Source of the DNA: an uncultured cyanobacterium
GTDB lineage: Bacteria > Cyanobacteriota > Cyanobacteriia > Phormidesmidales > Phormidesmidaceae
NCBI GenBank assembly: GCA_963793265.1
Contig: CAWBZI010000005.1
Location: forward strand, 64,001-128,000
DNA length: 64,000 nucleotides
Direction of reading: 5' to 3'
Numbering within the stretch: the stretch's first letter is position 1; every line of letters begins with the position of its first letter. The notes beneath the pieces are model-generated. The model saw only the letters and a list, made by a program, of their open reading frames with translations. It did not search any database and was not told the origin of the DNA. A program made the position numbers and the translations under genes. Shown in pieces: positions 58,898 to 64,000 of this stretch.

Positions 58898-61087
58898 TTA
58901 CTCCCACTCGTTGAAGTCTTGAGAGTAAGGGTCTTCAACAGAGTTGTTTTGATAGGGCTGCTCGCGGTAGACCTTCTTGGAGCGATCCCTTTTGCCCTCT
59001 TGGCGAATGTTGCCAACGCCCTTGAGAACGCCGCGACCGACAAGGCCAATGCCGCGACCTAACACTTCTGTAAGCACGTAAACAACGGTGCTGCCGACAA
59101 AAGAAATGGCATTGCGGAGGCGAGGAGAAAGCGCATCTCTCGTTTCCATCGCCAGAGTAACCACTAAGGGAATGCCGCCTAGCTGGTCTAGCTCGGCTCT
59201 ACGCGGCGCATAGATGCTAGCTGCATTAATCCCTACAGGCGTAAGCACGTATAGGTTATACCGACTCTCAAAAATAGCTTTGGGCTCGTTTACTAGCCGG
59301 TCTAGTCGGTAGCGCCAAGAGAGATCGTTGCGGAACCGTTCAATCTCTCTTGAAGACATCAAGCGGCTAGTGTATAAACTCTTTTTGATCGATTCGACAT
59401 CGGCTAAACGATTCAACAATGGTTGAACAACAGCGTTCGCAACCTGGATCAGGAGATTTTCGAGGAGACGTTCGCTGTAGGCGATCGCCTGAGGCGTAGT
59501 TGCCACATAAGACGAACTCTCTATGATCATCGGCTCCTGAAACAGCCAGTGCCCAAACATGGCCGTCACCATCGGAATGCGATCAAGTATCTGCGCTTGT
59601 ACAAAAGGCTTTTCCTGTTGCAAAAGCGTCACGACTTCTTCTTCAACGTTGCCCACGCGCACGGTGTAGTACTTGCCAAAAAATTCTGTGTTTACCGCAT
59701 CCCAAAGATCGTGAACGACCTGATGAGATCGCATCGAAAGCTGCCCCGGCTTCACCTCAGAAGCCCGCAGATCAGCCAGCAGTTCTTCAAGCTGACGCAG
59801 AACCAAATAAAACAGCTCTAGCTTTTTATCAGCCCGCAAAATATCCACTTCCAAAGGCGACTCGCTAATATTCTTAAGCGGACGCTGAAGCTTTGCAAAC
59901 ACGCCTTCAAACACCACATTTTGCACCTCCGACGGACGCGCTTGCAGCCTGGATTCAGTCGCAGCCATATTCGCTAAAGCAGCCGTGGCATTTGGCACCA
60001 GCGATTCGCGGTCTAAGTAGCGAGCAGCCGTCATATCGGCATAGTTTTGTCCGTAGCCGCCCTGCTGGGCCGCTCGAATCCAGGCCGAACTGGGCGGCGG
60101 TGAGTTGGCTTCTGCACCCCTCGACACAGCATTACCCGATCGACGACCTGACTTAGCAGATCCATCATCGAATCTAGGCGTACGCCAAATTGCAGAAACC
60201 AGCCAGCGAGCGGCGTTAAGTTCGCGCTGTTTGCCATCTATAATGGCGCGATTGAGCCAGCTACCCGTGCGCTGTCGGGCCAGTGCTGCCAGGCTTTGGT
60301 CAATTTGCCTTTGACCAGACAGGCGCATACTGATCCGCATGGCGGTCAATGGCCCTGGAATATCGTCTAAACGAGAAAGGGTGGTATCTGATCTAGCCGT
60401 TTGTCGATTAGCCTGACGGTCGGTCGATTGATTGGAGGCGTCTTCGGACAGACTGCGGCTGTCTGCCGGGGGGACAGGCGAGGTAACTGATTGATTCGGC
60501 GTACCTTTCACTGGCTGAACGACTGGCGGCGGCTTTGTTGGCGGCTGAATGGCTGGTGCCTGTATGGTCGGTTGAGGAGAAGGCTGTTTAGGTGAGTTTT
60601 CGGGGGTTAAAACGGCCACTTCTCGGATGAGCTGGGCTAGCCGCCGAACGGACATGCTGCGGGTGCCAAAGCCGTTGGCTCCCATGCGTTCGGCGGCAGC
60701 TTGTAAGGCGGGTTCAGCCAGGGCGCTGAGTACCAGCACGGGCAGGCGAGGGAAAGCTGTTTTGAGCTGCTTGCAAAGCTGCAAACCAGGCGTAGATTCG
60801 GATTCGCGAGCGCCCAGTCCTAAGTCTAAAATGACCAGATCGAGCGGTGGGGCTGGCAGTGGGTCTAGCGGTGGAACGGGGGCTTTGTTCTTTTTTCGGG
60901 GCGGGGGACTGTTCAGGGATTGTTGATAGGGTTGAAAGCGCGATCGCACCTCTTCTATTGCCTCTGTCGCCGTTCCTGCTTCAGCCACCACCACAAAGTC
61001 GCCCTGCTGCTCTAGCCATACCTTCAGGCCAAGGCGAAAAACAGGGTCTTCATCGACCAGCATTAATTGGAGGGGGCGATCGCTCAT
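58898..61087 (-). CDS. Receiver-domain plus DUF3685 protein (Ycf55-like)
   Basis: LVDED, VILD receiver motifs; REIERFRNDLSW, ETRDALSPRL, GRGIGLVGRG. Confidence 0.85.
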   Translation of the reverse strand: MSDRPLQLMLVDEDPVFRLGLKVWLEQQGDFVVVAEAGTATEAIEEVRSRFQPYQQSLNSPPPRKKNKAPVPPLDPLPAPPLDLVILDLGLGARESESTPGLQLCKQLKTAFPRLPVLVLSALAEPALQAAAERMGANGFGTRSMSVRRLAQLIREVAVLTPENSPKQPSPQPTIQAPAIQPPTKPPPVVQPVKGTPNQSVTSPVPPADSRSLSEDASNQSTDRQANRQTARSDTTLSRLDDIPGPLTAMRISMRLSGQRQIDQSLAALARQRTGSWLNRAIIDGKQRELNAARWLVSAIWRTPRFDDGSAKSGRRSGNAVSRGAEANSPPPSSAWIRAAQQGGYGQNYADMTAARYLDRESLVPNATAALANMAATESRLQARPSEVQNVVFEGVFAKLQRPLKNISESPLEVDILRADKKLELFYLVLRQLEELLADLRASEVKPGQLSMRSHQVVHDLWDAVNTEFFGKYYTVRVGNVEEEVVTLLQQEKPFVQAQILDRIPMVTAMFGHWLFQEPMIIESSSYVATTPQAIAYSERLLENLLIQVANAVVQPLLNRLADVESIKKSLYTSRLMSSREIERFRNDLSWRYRLDRLVNEPKAIFESRYNLYVLTPVGINAASIYAPRRAELDQLGGIPLVVTLAMETRDALSPRLRNAISFVGSTVVYVLTEVLGRGIGLVGRGVLKGVGNIRQEGKRDRSKKVYREQPYQNNSVEDPYSQDFNEWE

Positions 61088-61141
61088 TCCGCGAATATAC
61101 CACTGCCAGGGTTAAAAGTACCTAGCCCAAGAAGGCTCAAC

Positions 61142-62986
61142 CTAGAACCCATCGCCGTAGCCATCATCGCCATAGCTAGTAAAGCTATCAGTATTGTAAA
61201 TATCTTCTTCGAGGTAGCTATCTGTCTCAGCGTAGCTATCCTCAACCGGCGCTTCTAAAGACCAGATGTAAGCCCGCTCTTTCACCCAAATAGCAATGCT
61301 GGCGCTCGCTTCTGGATACAGAGCCCGGCCCGGCCCGATCAGCGCTGCCGTCTCAATCGCCGCGCTCAGGCTACCTCTGGCCGCCAGATTCTCTGCGCGC
61401 ACAAGCAGCGGCGTGTCTTCAGCAATCTGAATTTCAGTTACCCAGCCTTTAATCGCAGCCTGCGCGTCATCTCGCAGCGCCCGACCTTCGGCCACTTTAG
61501 TCGCTTCAACAATGGCCTTCTCCAAGTCTCCTGCCTGCGCCAGCGCTTCGGCTGTGTTCAGAATGGGCTGATCTTCAATAATTTCAATGCGGTCAGCCCA
61601 TTCAGCAATGTAGGTTTGGCCTTGAACCCGCAGCGCTCTACCCATCTCTACTTTCTCAGCTTCAGCGATCGCCTTTTGCAAATTCTCCTTACCGCCCGCG
61701 CTCGCTAGCTTCACCGCCTGATTCAAAATAGGCCGATCTTCTATTCGCTGAATCTCCTTTTTCCAGTGAGAAACCAGCGTTTGGGCCTGAAGCCTTTGCG
61801 GGCGCTCCTGGGTAATTTGTTCGGCTTTAGCGATCGCCAATCGGTAGGCAGGTCGCTGCCCAACCTGGGCAATCGTATTGGCGTACTGCAACTGCACCAT
61901 ATCGTCTAGCTGCTGCTGCCACGTCACCATGCTGTCTTGAGCTTCGGTGTAGAAGGGGCTGCTGGGCGAAATGCGCTGCACGGCCTGAATCGCCTCCAAC
62001 AAGTTGTACACCTGCATATAAGAAGGCGTCCACTGATCGTATTCACCCTGCGCCAACCGCTGAGCATGGCCAAAGCTCAGCAAATCTTGAGCCTCAGCCG
62101 TCAGCGCTAAATTCGGCGGCACCAGTTGCGCGACGGCCAGCGCCCCCTCAAGATCTTCAGCCTCCCACTTTTGAAAGCTGTACTGCATTACTCGCTCAGC
62201 CCACTGGTCGAGATCGGGCTTGGCCTCTCTCCAGGCATCGGTTTCTAAATTAATTTCGCGCGCGATGATAAAAGCCTCGCCAAGCTTAGCCAAATCGCCC
62301 GTCTTAGCCAGTTCGCGGGCCTGGTTAAGCTGCCTGCGAGCCGTCTCTTCACGGTCTATTTTGGCCTCAAGCTGATCGTGCCGGGTCGTGACCCAGTAGG
62401 CCGCATTCAAAATTTTGAGCTTTTGCACATCTCGCCGTGCACCTGTCCAGTTTTGCGCCTTAATTGCCCGCAAAATCTTGGCTTCAAACTCTTTGCCAAC
62501 CGTCCATTCTTTATCCCAAGTCGCGATCGCACTTTTCACCTGCGGATAAATATCTACCCGCGTCGGAATCCGCGCCGCCAGCGATCGCGCCTGGCCGACA
62601 TCGCCCCGCTGAGCCATCGACTCAAGCTCACCGAGCAGCGCCTTCGACCACCGATTCATCAGCCGGTCGGCTTCTTTATACGCTGGATTATCCGGCGTCC
62701 AGGGTTCCACCATCTCGATCGCCTCAATCAGCGCCTGCGCCGAGCCTGACCGCACGCTGGCCTGAGCGCACAGCAGCCTTTCACTGTCGCTCGTCAACGT
62801 CACCGTTTGCGCGCAGTCAGGCAGCGGTGGGTTTTGGGTCATTACCGACACCGCCCGCAGGCTCACGCCACCTGCTGTCGCTAAAATCGCCATCCACACG
62901 AGCGGCCACACAAACTCAGACAGCTTGCTCCGAATGCGGGCTCGAACGGTCGGAGAAGAGGTGGTGGTAGGTGGAATGGATGTCAT
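61142..62986 (-). CDS. Conserved cyanobacterial TM-anchored alpha-helical repeat protein
   Basis: N-terminal TM, PPLPDC..CAQ, repeated I..W..EI..IED.PIL..A units. Confidence 0.75.
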   Translation of the reverse strand: MTSIPPTTTSSPTVRARIRSKLSEFVWPLVWMAILATAGGVSLRAVSVMTQNPPLPDCAQTVTLTSDSERLLCAQASVRSGSAQALIEAIEMVEPWTPDNPAYKEADRLMNRWSKALLGELESMAQRGDVGQARSLAARIPTRVDIYPQVKSAIATWDKEWTVGKEFEAKILRAIKAQNWTGARRDVQKLKILNAAYWVTTRHDQLEAKIDREETARRQLNQARELAKTGDLAKLGEAFIIAREINLETDAWREAKPDLDQWAERVMQYSFQKWEAEDLEGALAVAQLVPPNLALTAEAQDLLSFGHAQRLAQGEYDQWTPSYMQVYNLLEAIQAVQRISPSSPFYTEAQDSMVTWQQQLDDMVQLQYANTIAQVGQRPAYRLAIAKAEQITQERPQRLQAQTLVSHWKKEIQRIEDRPILNQAVKLASAGGKENLQKAIAEAEKVEMGRALRVQGQTYIAEWADRIEIIEDQPILNTAEALAQAGDLEKAIVEATKVAEGRALRDDAQAAIKGWVTEIQIAEDTPLLVRAENLAARGSLSAAIETAALIGPGRALYPEASASIAIWVKERAYIWSLEAPVEDSYAETDSYLEEDIYNTDSFTSYGDDGYGDGF

Positions 62987-63121
62987 TGGAGCAAAACCCG
63001 GCGGCGATGATTTCAGCAAGAATATTTGATAGGACAAGCCACCATAAAAGTGCCCATTCGGTTCTAGGACTCGCTAAAACATCAAATAATATTTATGAAA
63101 ATTTTGCTGACATTGTAGAGG

Positions 63122-64000
63122 CTAATTGGATAAAAAGCGAGATTGGATGAGGGTAAAGAGCGATCGCATCCCCATGGCATCGCCGCCTTTAGGCCGCCCT
63201 GGCCGCCCGCGCATATTAAACGCCATGAAATCAACATGAATCCAAGGCTTTTGCCCTGAGGTAAACTCACGTAAAAACAAAGCCGCCGTAATCGCGCCGC
63301 CATAGGGCGCGCTGGAAATATTGTTAAGGTCGGCAACTTTGCTATCTAACATGTCGCGGTAGGGATTGTGCAATGGCAGTCGCCACAAAGGATCGTCTTG
63401 CTCATCTCCTGCCTGCACCAGCGCCTGAGCAATCTCATCATCGTTACAGAACAAGGCCGCAATCTCGGCTCCCACTGCCACCCGCGCCGCACCTGTCAAC
63501 GTTGCACAGTCGATCAGCAAATCAGGCGATTCACTACTGGCCTCAGTGAGCGCATCTGCTAACACCAGCCGCCCTTCTGCATCCGTGTTACCAATCTCTA
63601 CCGTAGTGCCTTGCCTGGAAGTCAGCACGTCAGAAGGGCGCGTAGAATTGCCTGAAATACTATTTTCTACAGCAGGAATGAGCACGCGCAAACGCACTGG
63701 CAGCTTCATCTGCATGATCATCTTAGCCAGGCCAAGCACCTGAGCCGAGCCGCCCATATCCTTTTTCATCAGCTTCATACCCGCCGATGACTTCATATTT
63801 AAGCCGCCCGTGTCAAAGCAAACGCCTTTGCCCACCAGTGTCACCTTAGGCGCTGAGGGCTCACCCCAGGAGAAATCTACTAAACGAGGCGTTTGAGAAT
63901 TTGAATGGCCGTTAGCCTGGCCCACCGCATACACCATTGGGTAGTTGGCTTCTACCAAATCCTCACCTACCGTCACGCTATAGTCAGCGCCAAACTCATC
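63122..64000 (-). CDS. M17 leucyl aminopeptidase (5'-truncated by window edge)
   Basis: GKGVCFDTGG, MKKDMGG, NTDAEGRL, ATLTGA. Confidence 0.95.
   Translation of the reverse strand, partial: DEFGADYSVTVGEDLVEANYPMVYAVGQANGHSNSQTPRLVDFSWGEPSAPKVTLVGKGVCFDTGGLNMKSSAGMKLMKKDMGGSAQVLGLAKMIMQMKLPVRLRVLIPAVENSISGNSTRPSDVLTSRQGTTVEIGNTDAEGRLVLADALTEASSESPDLLIDCATLTGAARVAVGAEIAALFCNDDEIAQALVQAGDEQDDPLWRLPLHNPYRDMLDSKVADLNNISSAPYGGAITAALFLREFTSGQKPWIHVDFMAFNMRGRPGRPKGGDAMGMRSLFTLIQSRFLSN

Larger units (their letters stand above)
207..63167. repeat. Dispersed HIP1 octamer GCGATCGC (about 90-100 copies by eye)
   Basis: Examples at 3890, 33842, 42781, 43524 and 43610; chance expectation is about 1 per 65 kb. 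Confidence 0.97.

Noticed and set aside
1..64000. CRISPR array, tRNA/rRNA, IS element or prophage
   Set aside because: No regularly spaced repeats, cloverleaf or rRNA signatures, transposase, integrase or phage structural ORFs recognised

Overview
Cyanobacterial chromosome segment, probably a filamentous Leptolyngbya/Phormidesmis-like lineage (inferred from psaK, psb30, ebsA, a Ycf55-like gene and roughly 90-100 HIP1 GCGATCGC octamers counted by eye). It is mostly core genes: ffs SRP RNA, thiD-ftsZ-ftsQ, coaD-cdv3-ruvA, yajQ, mgdA, ispD, cobO, recG, tsf-rpsB with its leader RNA, pilT2, cofG, two lepB, two dihydroorotase paralogues and ndbB. Small accessory modules are interspersed. No CRISPR array, tRNA/rRNA, IS or prophage was seen. 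The most striking unexplained signal is a local G-to-C strand-composition flip centred on HIP1 sites, independent of gene orientation, which suggests a HIP1-anchored strand-asymmetric repair or mutation process. Other points: a divergent hicB/hicA pair with twin operator-like sites; three accessory genes reduced to 3'-terminal stubs (HigB, an HI1419-type toxin and a DUF4132-type giant protein); an HTTM/flippase/GMC-oxidoreductase cluster; and several probable pseudo-enzymes. Single-base frameshifts in at least four otherwise intact genes suggest assembly indel errors. All family assignments come from motif recognition, not database searches.
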